Below, in pieces: positions 38,320-48,665 of a DNA stretch of 64,000 bases. The notes under the pieces were generated by a model. It was not told the DNA's origin. It searched no databases and worked only from the letters and a program-made list of their open reading frames with translations. Every line of letters begins with the position of its first letter. Within the stretch, counting starts at the first letter, position 1. The stretch lies in the IMG/VR virus record IMGVR_UViG_3300046616_000175, one strand, 5' to 3'. This stretch comes from an uncultured virus (IMG/VR IMGVR_UViG_3300046616_000175). Taxonomy: Duplodnaviria > Heunggongvirae > Uroviricota > Caudoviricetes. The translations under genes and the position numbers were made by a program.

Positions 38320-38895
38320 TTGCGTTATCCGAACATCGCGCTATGCGGCAAGGCACGGAGCGGCAAAGACACCGTGGCCGGTCACCTCGTGCAGCGGTAT
38401 GGCTACACCCGGCTCGCGTTCGCCGACCCGCTCAAGGAAATGGCACTCAGCGTTGACCCGCTGATACCCACGGAGCGATATCCGGCGCGGCTCATCCATG
38501 TGAGGCTGGCTCGACTTGTCGGCGACGCTGGTTGGGAGTACGCGAAAGATCGCTATCCGGAGGTTCGCCGACTGTTGCAACAGATGGGCCAGACGGTACG
38601 CGGCTACGACTCGCATTTCTGGATCCGCGCACTGCTGGCCAAGGCTTCGGCCATCGACACGCCCATTGTCGTGACGGACGTCCGGTACCCGAATGAACAC
38701 GCTTCGCTCATGCGCGCTGGGTTCGACGTGGTCCGCGTCATGCGTCCCGGCGCTGGGCTGGCCGACGGTAACGAGCAGCACGACAGCGAAACGGCGCTCG
38801 ACGACTTCACGGCAACCGCCGGGATCATGAACGCCGGGGCCCTCGACGAACTAGGAGGACACGTCGACGACTTGGTTACGCTGCTGCGCGACTAA
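38320..38895 (+). CDS. Deoxynucleoside monophosphate kinase
   Basis: GKARSGKD, FADPLKE, TDVRYPNE, H.SE. Confidence 0.9.
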   Translation: MRYPNIALCGKARSGKDTVAGHLVQRYGYTRLAFADPLKEMALSVDPLIPTERYPARLIHVRLARLVGDAGWEYAKDRYPEVRRLLQQMGQTVRGYDSHFWIRALLAKASAIDTPIVVTDVRYPNEHASLMRAGFDVVRVMRPGAGLADGNEQHDSETALDDFTATAGIMNAGALDELGGHVDDLVTLLRD

Positions 38896-39164
38896 CACCC
38901 ACCCCCTGTCACTGGCCTCGCGGCTGGCTGGCAGGGGGTCTCTACGTATGCGCTGCGGGTAAATTTACCCACCGGATGGACGGTGGGCACGATCTTGTGG
39001 TTGAGTACCTCCCGCAAGGTCAACTACAGCGGAGGGGCAGGGCATGGCGCACTCGGCCGTAGGTGGGCAGTGCTTGACGCCTAGTGGGTAAATTTACCCA
39101 CTAGCTTTACAACGGGGCGCCGGAGCCGATAGTCTGGCGCCCCACCACAACACAGGGAGAGACC

Positions 39165-40289
39165 ATGGCAGCGAAGAACACCACCCAGGAAACCGCGCCG
39201 ACCGCCACGGAGGAAATCGACACCACCCTCGCGGACGTGCTCGATGAGGCGCCGGAGGTCGACCCGACGCAGGCCACCATGGAACAGATCGCGGCCAACG
39301 TCGAGCGCGCCCGGTCGCTGGCAGAGGCTGAGAACGTCGAGGGTCTCGCGGCACTGGACAAGGAAACCAAGGCGCTCATCTCGTCGCTGCCTCGCGGCGG
39401 TAAGACTCCCGACGGTAAGACGTGGGCGGGATTCAAGGCCAAGGCTGGGCAGGACTTCCGGCAGGCGGCTGCGGCACAGCCCAAGCCCGACGCTCCCAAG
39501 GCCAAGGCGGCTGCTAAGGCTGCGGAGCTGGAGGTCAAGGCCAAGGCTGACGCGGAGGCCGCCGACTACAGCACGGTCGATGGCGTCACGGACCGTGTGA
39601 ACGCTGGCGCCAGCCTGATCTATGACGGCGCCCACGGGCTCGTGAGGACGGCGCAGACAGCGCGGCAGGCGGCCGAAATGCTGCTCGACGCCCAGCGGCT
39701 CATCATCACCAAGGATGGCGTGCCGGACCTCAAGTGTGCCGACCCTAAGTCCATCGCCGCCCGAAAGGACATGTACGCCAAGGCCAAGGAATTGCTGACG
39801 CCGGAGGGTGGCGAGGAGCACGCCGATTCGCTGGTAAAGAAGTTTGGCACGTCCGTCCGTAATCAGATGTCCGATGTGCTGCGCGGCTACATCCGCGAGC
39901 TGGACACGGAGGCTGGCCGCGAGGAATACGAAAAGTACTACGCGCCGGTCGCTGCCGCTCACCCCGACCTTTCGCCCAGCGAGGCTGTCCATGAGTTCTA
40001 CGAAATCCCCAAGCTGAGCAAGCGCGAGCTTATGAACGCCCGAAACGCTGCCAAGGCTGCCAAGCTCGCGGAGCTTGAGGCCAAGGTCGAGGAAGGGGAC
40101 GAGACAGCGGCGGAGCAGGTGCAGGAAATCAAGGCCAAGTCGGCGCAAGACCGGATCGTCGAGGACATCACCAAGGCCGAGGAATTTATCCAGAACGCCA
40201 TCAAGTCCGCGCGCTCGCTGTCCGACGACGACAAGGCGGCCGTCAAGGGCAAGATTGCGGAACTGGCTCTGCTGGCCGCGCAGCTCTAA
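39165..40289 (+). CDS. Probable immunity repressor (phiC31 c position)
   Basis: Lies between dNMP kinase and early region with two operators upstream; function inferred from synteny. Confidence 0.55.
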   Translation: MAAKNTTQETAPTATEEIDTTLADVLDEAPEVDPTQATMEQIAANVERARSLAEAENVEGLAALDKETKALISSLPRGGKTPDGKTWAGFKAKAGQDFRQAAAAQPKPDAPKAKAAAKAAELEVKAKADAEAADYSTVDGVTDRVNAGASLIYDGAHGLVRTAQTARQAAEMLLDAQRLIITKDGVPDLKCADPKSIAARKDMYAKAKELLTPEGGEEHADSLVKKFGTSVRNQMSDVLRGYIRELDTEAGREEYEKYYAPVAAAHPDLSPSEAVHEFYEIPKLSKRELMNARNAAKAAKLAELEAKVEEGDETAAEQVQEIKAKSAQDRIVEDITKAEEFIQNAIKSARSLSDDDKAAVKGKIAELALLAAQL

Positions 40290-40355
40290 GGGCCTGCGGG
40301 TATGAGAGGGCCCGGTAATCCGCCGGGCCCTTTCCAGCACAGGAGGGGAAGCGAC

Positions 40356-41051
40356 ATGGCAGGGAACGCGAAGCGTCCGCACACGGGCGAGGTAACGGGG
40401 CACGGGACCACTGGTTGGGCGGAAGCGGGCGGACCGTTCGTCATCCTGACTGGCCGCATCACGGGGCCGCATGACACAGGGCGACCGATCCGACTGAAGA
40501 TGACGGCGGGGGAGGCTCGCGAGCGTGCCGCTGGCCTCATCGCCATGGCGGAGCACATCGAGTTGGTGAACGGGCCCAAGCATGCGCCAGCGCCGGAGGC
40601 GGAACCGGAGCCAGCGAAGCCAAAGGGTCGGCTGGCCGAAATGCTGGGCGTGGCCGCGCCAATCGCGTTCACCGAGGAACGGCCCGGGGTCTGGAAGACA
40701 GCTACGCCGGAGGATGGCGAGCGACTCGACGCGTCCATTGATGAGGCGCTGGCAAGCCTAGGGACGTCGCTCGCTGAGCTGAGGGAGTCGGAGGCGTTCA
40801 CCCTGTGTCGCACCTGTGGCAGCCTCGCGCATGAGCGGGAAGCGTGCACCGCCGAGGGTCTGGCACCCGGCGAGTATTGGCGGGCGTGGAAGCGGCACGT
40901 AGGCCACCTGCCGGGCGATACAGACCGGTGCGCCGACGCCGGGCACTGTGGACATGCCCCGTGCTGTAACTGTTCGGGGATCATGCCCGACCCAGACACG
41001 TACGCACGGCTGACGGCGGAGATCCTGGCAAAGGGTAGGGGGGCCCTCTAA
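40356..41051 (+). CDS. Hypothetical protein with Cys/His-rich C-terminus
   Basis: RBS AGGAGGGG. Confidence 0.7.
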   Translation: MAGNAKRPHTGEVTGHGTTGWAEAGGPFVILTGRITGPHDTGRPIRLKMTAGEARERAAGLIAMAEHIELVNGPKHAPAPEAEPEPAKPKGRLAEMLGVAAPIAFTEERPGVWKTATPEDGERLDASIDEALASLGTSLAELRESEAFTLCRTCGSLAHEREACTAEGLAPGEYWRAWKRHVGHLPGDTDRCADAGHCGHAPCCNCSGIMPDPDTYARLTAEILAKGRGAL

Positions 41052-41266
41052 TGACGTACTGCATGAACTGTCTGCACGACCACGCCGTTGAGGCGACCGA
41101 GGAGCACCAAGCGCCGTGCCAGATGTGCGGCAGCGATGGGCACGCGCGCTGCCAGCACGTGAGCTTTACCGATGGGGAGTTCGCGCTCGTCCCGGATGAG
41201 CAAGGGCGCTTCTGTTCGCGCTGTCACCAGGACCACACCCCACAAGACTGCTACTACAGGGTCTAG
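41051..41266 (+). CDS. Small Cys/His-rich protein
   Basis: Three CxxC..H units; 3' end lies in the direct repeat. Confidence 0.7.
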   Translation: MTYCMNCLHDHAVEATEEHQAPCQMCGSDGHARCQHVSFTDGEFALVPDEQGRFCSRCHQDHTPQDCYYRV

Positions 41267-41347
41267 GCGCCCGTGTAAGCCCCTTTCAGCCCCGGTTGGC
41301 CTCCCAGGTCCGCCGGGGCTTTCTCATGCCCTCAGACGGCCGCACAG
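41230..41347 (+). repeat. Direct repeat, copy 2 (A/B junction)
   Basis: Identical to 1-118. Confidence 0.95.
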
Positions 41348-41402
41348 AGCTTTTGCTCATATGAGCGCAGCCGGCCGCTCATCTGAGCGGAACAGCGGGG
41401 GA

Positions 41403-41499
41403 GGGATGACGGATGACGATTCTTGGGTGTTTTCAGATATCCCAATAGAGATCCTTAAGAGATACCGAGAAATGCGTGCCGTTCGTCAACCGTCATCCC
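41403..41499. other. Origin-like inverted repeat with AT-rich core (B, copy 1)
   Basis: GGGATGACGGATGACGA/TCGTCAACCGTCATCCC arms. Confidence 0.55.
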
Positions 41500-41550
41500 C
41501 TAGATAACCCCTCTCAAGTGGTCGTGTAAGCAACCACGAGAGGGGTTCAC

Positions 41551-42384
41551 ATGGCCGGTACGGTCCGAACCATCATGCGGGGCGGTTCCCGCTTTTACAT
41601 CAACCCGACGACCGACGAGAAGGTACCCGGCGTCACGTCGGTTATCGGCATGCTGCCTAAGCCGTTCCTCACTTTCTGGGCAGCGAAGATGACGGCTGAG
41701 GCGGCCGTTGACAACCTCGCTGCCGTTGGCTCTATCGCTGAGCGGGACCGGCAAGGGGCCGTCGACTACCTCAAGGGCGCACACCGCCGGTACACCTCGC
41801 TGCGCGCGGGTGTTGGCTCTGACGCTCATGACCTGTTTGAGCGCATGATCCGGGGCGAACTCATCGGGCGCGTACACCCCGACCTAGCGCCGTACGTCCG
41901 GCACTTTGCCGAGTTCCTGGAAGCGGTCAACCCTGAGCTTGTGCGCGCCGAGGATGTTGCTTGGTCTGACACGCACAAGTACGCCGGATCCTTTGACGCC
42001 ATCCTCCGCGTATGGCTCGACGAGGACAACCGGCCTACGCCGGACCGGTCGGGCACTCCCGCGCTGCTCATGACTGACTGGAAGACCAGCAAGGACACTT
42101 ACCCGGACGTCGCGCTTCAGATGTCCGCTTACGCCTATGCCGACCGGATCATTTCGCCGGACGGATCCTCTGAGCCGATGCCTGAGTTTGACGGGGCGGT
42201 TGTGCTGCACGTGACCGCTGATCACTGGGCATTCAAGCCGGTCCTCGTCAATGACGAGGTGTTCGGGCAGTTCCTTAACCTGCGACGCACGTTCGTGTGG
42301 GACCGAGAGACGTCAAAGACCGTCATCGGTAAGCCCATTGCGTCGGGTGGCGCCCTCGTGACGGGCACTCAGCGGCGCCGCTAG
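41551..42384 (+). CDS. PD-(D/E)XK (Cas4-like) exonuclease
   Basis: Homolog of 297-1175. Confidence 0.8.
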   Translation: MAGTVRTIMRGGSRFYINPTTDEKVPGVTSVIGMLPKPFLTFWAAKMTAEAAVDNLAAVGSIAERDRQGAVDYLKGAHRRYTSLRAGVGSDAHDLFERMIRGELIGRVHPDLAPYVRHFAEFLEAVNPELVRAEDVAWSDTHKYAGSFDAILRVWLDEDNRPTPDRSGTPALLMTDWKTSKDTYPDVALQMSAYAYADRIISPDGSSEPMPEFDGAVVLHVTADHWAFKPVLVNDEVFGQFLNLRRTFVWDRETSKTVIGKPIASGGALVTGTQRRR

Positions 42385-42432
42385 AGACCCCCTCTCACAT
42401 GTAAGTACGGGGCGGGCAAGGGCGGGAAGCAC

Positions 42433-42448
42433 CTCCCAAATTTGGGAG
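42433..42448. promoter_or_regulatory. Phage B operator palindrome CTCCCAAATTTGGGAG (representative copy)
   Basis: Copies at 42433, 46761, 48903, 49153 (degenerate), 51893, 53511, 54240, 54609, 54919, 55161, 55564, 56221, 56587, 61362, 63499. Confidence 0.88.
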
Positions 42449-42509
42449 TTGAGTGCATGCCCCCTTGCCCGCCTCGCCCAATCAGAGACATTCAGAGTGA
42501 GGTCACAGC

Positions 42510-43211
42510 GTGGCAACCCTTCGCATTTTCGACACCGACCCCGACGCTAAGCCCAAGCCTCGTCGGCAGTTCGCCAACGACGTTGCGTTTCAGTTCCGTT
42601 CGGGGCGCATGGTCAACAACCGCCCTCAGTCGCTTGCCGATTGGCGGGTAACGACCGGTGATCCTGAGGTGGCCAAGGCTGTTGCTCAGCTCATGGGCGG
42701 TAGCCCGAACGAGTGGGAAACCTCCAAGGATGATTTCCTTGAGGTGCTCACCACCACGAACAGTGTTCAGGTCATCATCGACGGCCCTAAGGCCATCAAC
42801 GCTCGCATGATCCTGTGGGGTCGCTCCGGCCCTATCCACGAGTGTGACGGCGTTGAGTTCCTCTCGCCGGACGAGGACAAGGGTAAGCCGTGCGGTTGCC
42901 CGCCGCTCCTCGCTGACCGTAAGACTTCCGCGCGTGCCGGTCGTGGTCCGCAGCCCAACACGACTGTGAGTTTCCGCCTCGCTGAGGATTACGACCTTGG
43001 CATAGGCAAGTTCACTTCCACCTCGTGGGACCTCGTCAGCGTGCTGCATGAGGTTGAGGACGACCTTGACCGTATCGGGGGAGAGGCGCTGTGCTCGCTC
43101 AGCCTTGAGCTAGTGCAGTTCACTACGTCCGCCGGTCAGGCCGTCGAATACCGAAAGCCTGTCATCAAGGTTCTCAAGTCCTGGAATGACGCGATTGCCG
43201 AGGAGTTCTGA
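42510..43211 (+). CDS. phiC31 gp3-like protein (RDF family)
   Basis: Homolog of 2607-3320. Confidence 0.8.
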   Translation: MATLRIFDTDPDAKPKPRRQFANDVAFQFRSGRMVNNRPQSLADWRVTTGDPEVAKAVAQLMGGSPNEWETSKDDFLEVLTTTNSVQVIIDGPKAINARMILWGRSGPIHECDGVEFLSPDEDKGKPCGCPPLLADRKTSARAGRGPQPNTTVSFRLAEDYDLGIGKFTSTSWDLVSVLHEVEDDLDRIGGEALCSLSLELVQFTTSAGQAVEYRKPVIKVLKSWNDAIAEEF

Positions 43212-43212
43212 C

Positions 43213-43488
43213 ATGGGTAAGCGTGGCACTGTGACCGACTATGCGGGGGATGAGCTGTACCGGGGTGACCTCGTCACCTACGCGGTACGCAACGGCAACC
43301 GGGTGCGCATGTCTGACGCGTTCGTTGAGCGGGTGACCGCTCGCGTTGAGGCCGGACGGCTGCGCCCGATGCTGTATGTCCGACCGACCGGTAACGAGTC
43401 AGGTTTCGTCAAGAGACGTACTCAGCGCGGTGTTTGGATCGCCGCTGAACATGTGCGCCTCGTCGCTGCCGGTCCAGTCGTCGACTAA
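43213..43488 (+). CDS. Conserved hypothetical protein
   Basis: Homolog of 4095-4367. Confidence 0.85.
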   Translation: MGKRGTVTDYAGDELYRGDLVTYAVRNGNRVRMSDAFVERVTARVEAGRLRPMLYVRPTGNESGFVKRRTQRGVWIAAEHVRLVAAGPVVD

Positions 43489-43563
43489 CCGGCCCAACTA
43501 CCAAGCCCGGCAACTGTCCACCACCAATGGGCGGTTGCCGGGCCTTTTTGTTTCGGAGGTTTG

Positions 43564-43740
43564 GTGATCCTGCATATCAGCCGCTACTACGGCCCGGCAT
43601 TGGGGGACGTGCGCGCCCTCGGTGCCGGTGACACGGTGCGGTTGCTGAACGAGGCCCGTAAGCGGCCGGATTGGTCCCGCTACGTGGACGCGATAGCGCA
43701 TGCGGTGAGCCGTGGCGCAGAGGTGAGGTGGCAGCAGTGA
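43564..43740 (+). CDS. Conserved hypothetical protein
   Basis: Own translation; homolog of 4443-4619. Confidence 0.8.
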   Translation: MILHISRYYGPALGDVRALGAGDTVRLLNEARKRPDWSRYVDAIAHAVSRGAEVRWQQ

Positions 43741-43807
43741 CCGCATTCTTTGTCGGCATGTTCTGTGGGCTGACTCTGTACTACGTGACGAGGGGAGGGC
43801 TCAAGCG

Positions 43808-44245
43808 GTGAAGGTGTGTCGACTATGCGGGCGGGGGAAGCCCGCTGAACAGTTCCTAGCGGGCAAAGCCCGTAAGCCCTCTAGCACGTGCTCGACGTGC
43901 CGCCGGAAGCTACAGGCTCAGCACCGACGCAACTACTACGCGCGGTTGCCGGTCGACAAGCGGCATGAGCTGACACACAAGCGCCGTGCTGAGGCTGCGG
44001 GAGTGGAACACGTCCCGTACTCCCGTACGGCCATCCTCGCCCGTTGGGGGCACATGTGTGCCTACTGCAATGCGTACGCCACGCACCTTGACCACGTGAC
44101 ACCAATTGCCAAGGGAGGTGCGGACGTTGAGGCAAACATCGTTCCGGCATGTGCCCCGTGCAACCTGAGCAAGGGAGCAAAAACGCTTGCCGAGTGGTCA
44201 GAGACATTCGGGCCCGGGGAGTTGCCGAACGATCCGCCGTTCTAG
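43808..44245 (+). CDS. HNH endonuclease
   Basis: Homolog of 4888-5313. Confidence 0.9.
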   Translation: MKVCRLCGRGKPAEQFLAGKARKPSSTCSTCRRKLQAQHRRNYYARLPVDKRHELTHKRRAEAAGVEHVPYSRTAILARWGHMCAYCNAYATHLDHVTPIAKGGADVEANIVPACAPCNLSKGAKTLAEWSETFGPGELPNDPPF

Positions 44246-44286
44246 AGATGCCCTCTCAGACCTGAGTGAAGAGAGAAAGGGACCCA

Positions 44287-46737
44287 ATGCAGTTCACTGA
44301 CATTCTCGCGCGGTTCGCTCAGGTCTCCGAGGAGCCTGACGGCGGATACCTCGCGCTGTGTCCGGCACACAGCGATAGCAACCCCTCGTTGCGTGTGTGG
44401 CGGGGTGATGACAACAAGGTTCGGATCACGTGCCGTTCCGGGTGTAAGCCTGATGACATCGTGCGTGCCGCAAACCTCACTTGGGCCGACATGTTCAACG
44501 CCACGGGGGAGGGGCTGACCGTAGCCAAGGAAAAGCCGGTCCTCGTCGGACCGGGCCCAATTGCCGGGCTGCGTATGTACGTTGAGGAAACGTCTCACGC
44601 GCTCCTCGACTACGACAGCGAATGGGCGGCACGCGCACGGGCCTACGTTGGCGAACGGTTCGGGCTCGACGCTGACACGGCTTGTGAGATGTTCCTTGGG
44701 GTTGACCCTGGGGCTTTCTCGGGTGGGCCGTCCCGTCCGTTCCCGTTCCTCTCCCGCGCTTACACCTCGTTCCCTCGTCTCACGGTTCCCCTCGTCGGTT
44801 TCGACGGGGTCATACGAGGGCTACAGGGGCGCGATCTTTCCGGGGAGTGCCCCGGTCGGTGGGTGTCCCTGATGAACCCCAAGGGTCAGCGATGGGCCCC
44901 GTACGGCGTTTTCAGGGGTGAGGGTGGCTATGGGGTCACCATCGTGTCTGAGGGGCCCGGAGACGGGCTCACAGCCGTTTCTGTGGGGTACAACGCCGTA
45001 GCGGTCCGGGGTGCCTCGCTCGCCGGTAGCCCGGAGTTGCTCGCCGAGTTTGCCGAGGGGCTGCACGGCACTCAGGTGATCGCCGCTGGGGACAACGACG
45101 AGGCGGGGCAGCGCTTTAACCGCATGCTCGCCGAGGGGCTCAAGCCGTTTGGGATCGTGGTCTATGAGCTGCGGATCCCGGACCATGGGCCCAAGACTGA
45201 CCTCACCACGTGGCGCGAGGCTGACCCCCATGGGTTCCCGCTTGCGCTGCACCGTGCCGTCAAGGCTGCTCAGCCGGTCCGTGCGTCACATGAGGCTGAG
45301 GCTGAGGCGGTATCCGCTGAGCTGACCGAAGCAACCGGCGCGGACGTCGTGAGCCGTGACCAAGGCACTGAGGCTGCGCGCATCCTCGCTGGTCTGATCA
45401 ACCGCTATGGCGAGTCGGACGCGATGAACGCGCATGCCCTCGTTGCGTGGACTGACGGCCGTATCAGGTACGCCCCGGGGCTTGGGTTCTACACATGGAA
45501 CGGCCGCACGTGGGAGCGTTCTGAGGTCAAGATCAGGCAGGAAATTCACCGCATGGGCGCTGCCCTCGTGCTCGCGGGGGAGACGCAGAAAGCGCGTGGC
45601 TTCACTATGACCACTCGCATTGACGCACTCATGACCGAGCTACGGAGCGTGCCGACCGTGCACGTTGACGCGTCTAGCTTTGACGCTCGCCCTGATCTGC
45701 TGAGCTTCCGTAATGGCACGGTCGACCTACGCACGGGCACCATGCGCCCGCACGCCAAGGAAGACATGCTCACGTACGCGCTCGATATCAACTACCGTCC
45801 CGACGCTCAGTGTCCTCGGTGGGAACAGTTCCTGACTGAGATCTTCCCGGACAACCCGGAGCTTGTTCCGTACATGCGTCGCCTCGTCGGCTACGGCGTT
45901 TCGGGCCACGTCAGCGAACAAGCTTTCTGCGTGCTGTGGGGCAAGGGCGCTAACGGCAAGTCGGTGTTTACCGAGACGCTCAGCAGTGTGTTTCGGACGA
46001 TCAGCAAGACAACTGGTTTTGCCACGTTCGAGGAAAAGTCGTCGGGCGGGATTCCCAACGACATTGCGGCGCTGCGAGGTGCTCGCCTCGTCATGGCTTC
46101 CGAGGGTGAAAGCGGTAAGCCCATGTCTGAGGCAATTCTCAAGCGGGTGACCGGTAAGGACATGATCTCTGCGCGGTTCCTCCGCCAAGAGTTTTTCGAG
46201 TTCCGTCCGGCGTTCCTGCTCATGCTGGCAACCAACCACAAGCCTCGTTTCCGGGGTCAGGACGAGGGGCTTTGGCGCCGAGTCAAGATGATCCCTTTCA
46301 AGCGGTGGTTTGCGCCGGACGAGCGTGACCACACCCTTGACACCAAGCTTTTGGCTGAGGCTGAGGGTATTGCCGCTTGGGCGGTCCGTGGCGCCGTTGA
46401 GTGGTTCGCCAACGGGCTTGAGGACCCTGGGGTTATCAAGCGTGCCGTCAAGGAATACCGCGAGACGAGTGACGCGCTCGCCGGTTTCTTCCCGGGTGTC
46501 CTTGAGCGGGACGAGGCGCACACGCTGAACGGCACTGAGGCTTTCAACTCTTACCTTGACTGGTGTGAGGCTGAGAACCTCCCGATGCGGGAGCGGTGGA
46601 CGCGACGCACGTTTTACGCGGCCATGGAAGAGCGCGGGATCGTCCGCAAGAAGACGGCCGTAGGTATCGCCCTCGTTGGCGTGTCGTTGCCGGGTGCGCC
46701 TAAGCCGGTCACCGGTCCGGGCATCCTCGGTCAGTAG
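44287..46737 (+). CDS. Primase-helicase
   Basis: Same motifs as 5507-7927. Confidence 0.92.
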   Translation: MQFTDILARFAQVSEEPDGGYLALCPAHSDSNPSLRVWRGDDNKVRITCRSGCKPDDIVRAANLTWADMFNATGEGLTVAKEKPVLVGPGPIAGLRMYVEETSHALLDYDSEWAARARAYVGERFGLDADTACEMFLGVDPGAFSGGPSRPFPFLSRAYTSFPRLTVPLVGFDGVIRGLQGRDLSGECPGRWVSLMNPKGQRWAPYGVFRGEGGYGVTIVSEGPGDGLTAVSVGYNAVAVRGASLAGSPELLAEFAEGLHGTQVIAAGDNDEAGQRFNRMLAEGLKPFGIVVYELRIPDHGPKTDLTTWREADPHGFPLALHRAVKAAQPVRASHEAEAEAVSAELTEATGADVVSRDQGTEAARILAGLINRYGESDAMNAHALVAWTDGRIRYAPGLGFYTWNGRTWERSEVKIRQEIHRMGAALVLAGETQKARGFTMTTRIDALMTELRSVPTVHVDASSFDARPDLLSFRNGTVDLRTGTMRPHAKEDMLTYALDINYRPDAQCPRWEQFLTEIFPDNPELVPYMRRLVGYGVSGHVSEQAFCVLWGKGANGKSVFTETLSSVFRTISKTTGFATFEEKSSGGIPNDIAALRGARLVMASEGESGKPMSEAILKRVTGKDMISARFLRQEFFEFRPAFLLMLATNHKPRFRGQDEGLWRRVKMIPFKRWFAPDERDHTLDTKLLAEAEGIAAWAVRGAVEWFANGLEDPGVIKRAVKEYRETSDALAGFFPGVLERDEAHTLNGTEAFNSYLDWCEAENLPMRERWTRRTFYAAMEERGIVRKKTAVGIALVGVSLPGAPKPVTGPGILGQ

Positions 46738-46801
46738 GTCATCAGTCACTCAGGGGTCAGCTCCCAAATTTGGGAGTTGGCCCCTCGTCATGAGGAGAGA
46801 C

Positions 46802-48649
46802 ATGAGGGTTTACAGGCATGCCGTCGCCGGTGACGTCGTCGAGGTGCTCATACCCGAGACGCTTGACGACTTGTACGCGTTCAAGGACTGGCTAGCTGAG
46901 GCCAACAAGCGTGGCCCGGTAGCGGTCGACACCGAGACAACCGGCCTCAACATCTACAGCAACGGCTACCGGTTGCGCACCGTGCAATTTGGTGACCGGG
47001 ATACCGCATGGGTCATCCATTGGGAGCGCGGGGGTTACTTCCAGGATGTTGCACGTTGGGCGCTGCGCATCCTCGAACGCGTGCTCATTCACAACGCGCC
47101 GTTTGACTGGCTAGTCCTGGACGAACATGCGGGCATCCCGCTTGAGGACTTGGCACCTCGTACGACGGATACCAAGCTCAAGGCCGCCCTCGTTGATCCG
47201 CGCCAACCGCAAGAGGGTGGCGTTGGGACGGGCCTCAAGCCGTTGAGCGCGTTTTACATTGACCCCTCGTCGCCGGACACTCAGGGCGACCTTACGGCGG
47301 TGTTCCGGTCCCTGGGGCTCACCAAGGCAACCGGGTGGGCCGGTATCCCGCTCGACCACCCAACTTACAACCTTTACGCGGGACTTGACGTCATCCTCGG
47401 CTCACGTATCGACGTGGTGCTGACCGCTGAACTTGAGCGGCGGGGTGTGCGCCCTGAGCTTGTGCAGTACGAGCATGAGCTAGCCCGTATCTGCTCGGTC
47501 ATGATGCGCACGGGCCTCGTTCTCGACGAGGAGTACACGCACGGGCTGAGGTACCAACTACAAGACGAGGCCGGGCATTTCGAGGGTGTCGCCCGGCGGT
47601 ATGGCGTCGAGAACGTGAACAGTACGGCTCAGGTTGCTGAGGCGCTGTTGGCCATGGGTGAGACGCTCACCGAGCGGACGGCATCCGGTGCGGTCAAGGT
47701 TGATAAGGCCGTGTTGCTCGGTCTCGCAGACATGTCTATGCAGTGGGAGCGTACGGGGCTGCGTAGCCCAAACCCGTTGGCTGAGGCGGTAGTTAGGGCC
47801 AAGCGTGCAGGCAAGTGGGGGTCGGCATACGTAGACACGTTCCTTGAGACTGTCGACGGTAACGGCCGTGTGCATCCCATGATCAACACCTTGCAAGCCC
47901 GCACGGGTCGGATGAGTATTTCCGGGCTCGCTCTGCAAACGCTGCCGTCCTCGGACCAGATGATCCGCCGTGCGCTCCTCGCTGACGAGGGTCACGTCAT
48001 GGTGTCGACCGACTTTGCAGCCGTTGAGCTACGTGTGTTGGCTGCGCTCGCTGATGTGAAGCGCATGAAGGAAGCCATCCGGGACGGCCGAGACTTGCAC
48101 GACTTCACAGCGGGTCTCGTGTTCGGTCCGGGGTTCACCAAGCAACACCGCAAGATTTCCAAGGGAATTGCGTTCGGCAAGGTGTACGGCGGTGGCGCTG
48201 CCACGATCGCTCGCCAGACCGGCGCACCGTACGACGAGGTGGTCAAGGCGCTTGCTGCCTATGACCGGGCGTACCCGGAGATTAAGCGGTTCGCCAACCG
48301 TCACCAGCGTGAGGCGCGCGCTAACGGCATGGTCACCGTGACCGTGACGGGTCGTCACCTGCCGCTAGACCGTGACCGGGCTTACGCCGTGACGAACTAT
48401 CAGGTGCAGAGTGCGGCCCGTGATGTCCTCGGTCAGGCACTGATCAACATGGACGAGGCCGGGCTAACTGCCTATCTCCGCTTGCCAATTCATGACGAGG
48501 TGCTTGCGAGCGTGCCCGCCAACGAGGCGACCGACTACGCGCGCGAGATTGAGCGCTGCATGCGCATGCACCTTGGGGGAGTGGCCATCGACGCTGAGGC
48601 GGAGATTGGGCGCCGTTCCTGGGGGTCCCTGTACGGGGCTGAGTACTGA
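46802..48649 (+). CDS. Family A DNA polymerase
   Basis: DTETTG, RTGRMS, DFAAVELR, IHDE. Confidence 0.95.
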   Translation: MRVYRHAVAGDVVEVLIPETLDDLYAFKDWLAEANKRGPVAVDTETTGLNIYSNGYRLRTVQFGDRDTAWVIHWERGGYFQDVARWALRILERVLIHNAPFDWLVLDEHAGIPLEDLAPRTTDTKLKAALVDPRQPQEGGVGTGLKPLSAFYIDPSSPDTQGDLTAVFRSLGLTKATGWAGIPLDHPTYNLYAGLDVILGSRIDVVLTAELERRGVRPELVQYEHELARICSVMMRTGLVLDEEYTHGLRYQLQDEAGHFEGVARRYGVENVNSTAQVAEALLAMGETLTERTASGAVKVDKAVLLGLADMSMQWERTGLRSPNPLAEAVVRAKRAGKWGSAYVDTFLETVDGNGRVHPMINTLQARTGRMSISGLALQTLPSSDQMIRRALLADEGHVMVSTDFAAVELRVLAALADVKRMKEAIRDGRDLHDFTAGLVFGPGFTKQHRKISKGIAFGKVYGGGAATIARQTGAPYDEVVKALAAYDRAYPEIKRFANRHQREARANGMVTVTVTGRHLPLDRDRAYAVTNYQVQSAARDVLGQALINMDEAGLTAYLRLPIHDEVLASVPANEATDYAREIERCMRMHLGGVAIDAEAEIGRRSWGSLYGAEY

Positions 48650-48665
48650 GATCCGAGGGGGTCAC

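Larger units (their letters stand above)
1..41347 (+). mobile_element. Phage A: apparently complete phiC31-like temperate siphophage genome (unintegrated, circularly permuted)
   Basis: Full gene set in phiC31-like order; bounded by 118-bp direct repeat; attP intact. Confidence 0.9.

Noticed and set aside
39081..40583. Long minus-strand ORFs (also 24829-25962, 30521-31585, 55211-56626, 59017-60015)
   Set aside because: Antisense shadows of real genes in high-GC DNA; no motifs or RBS support
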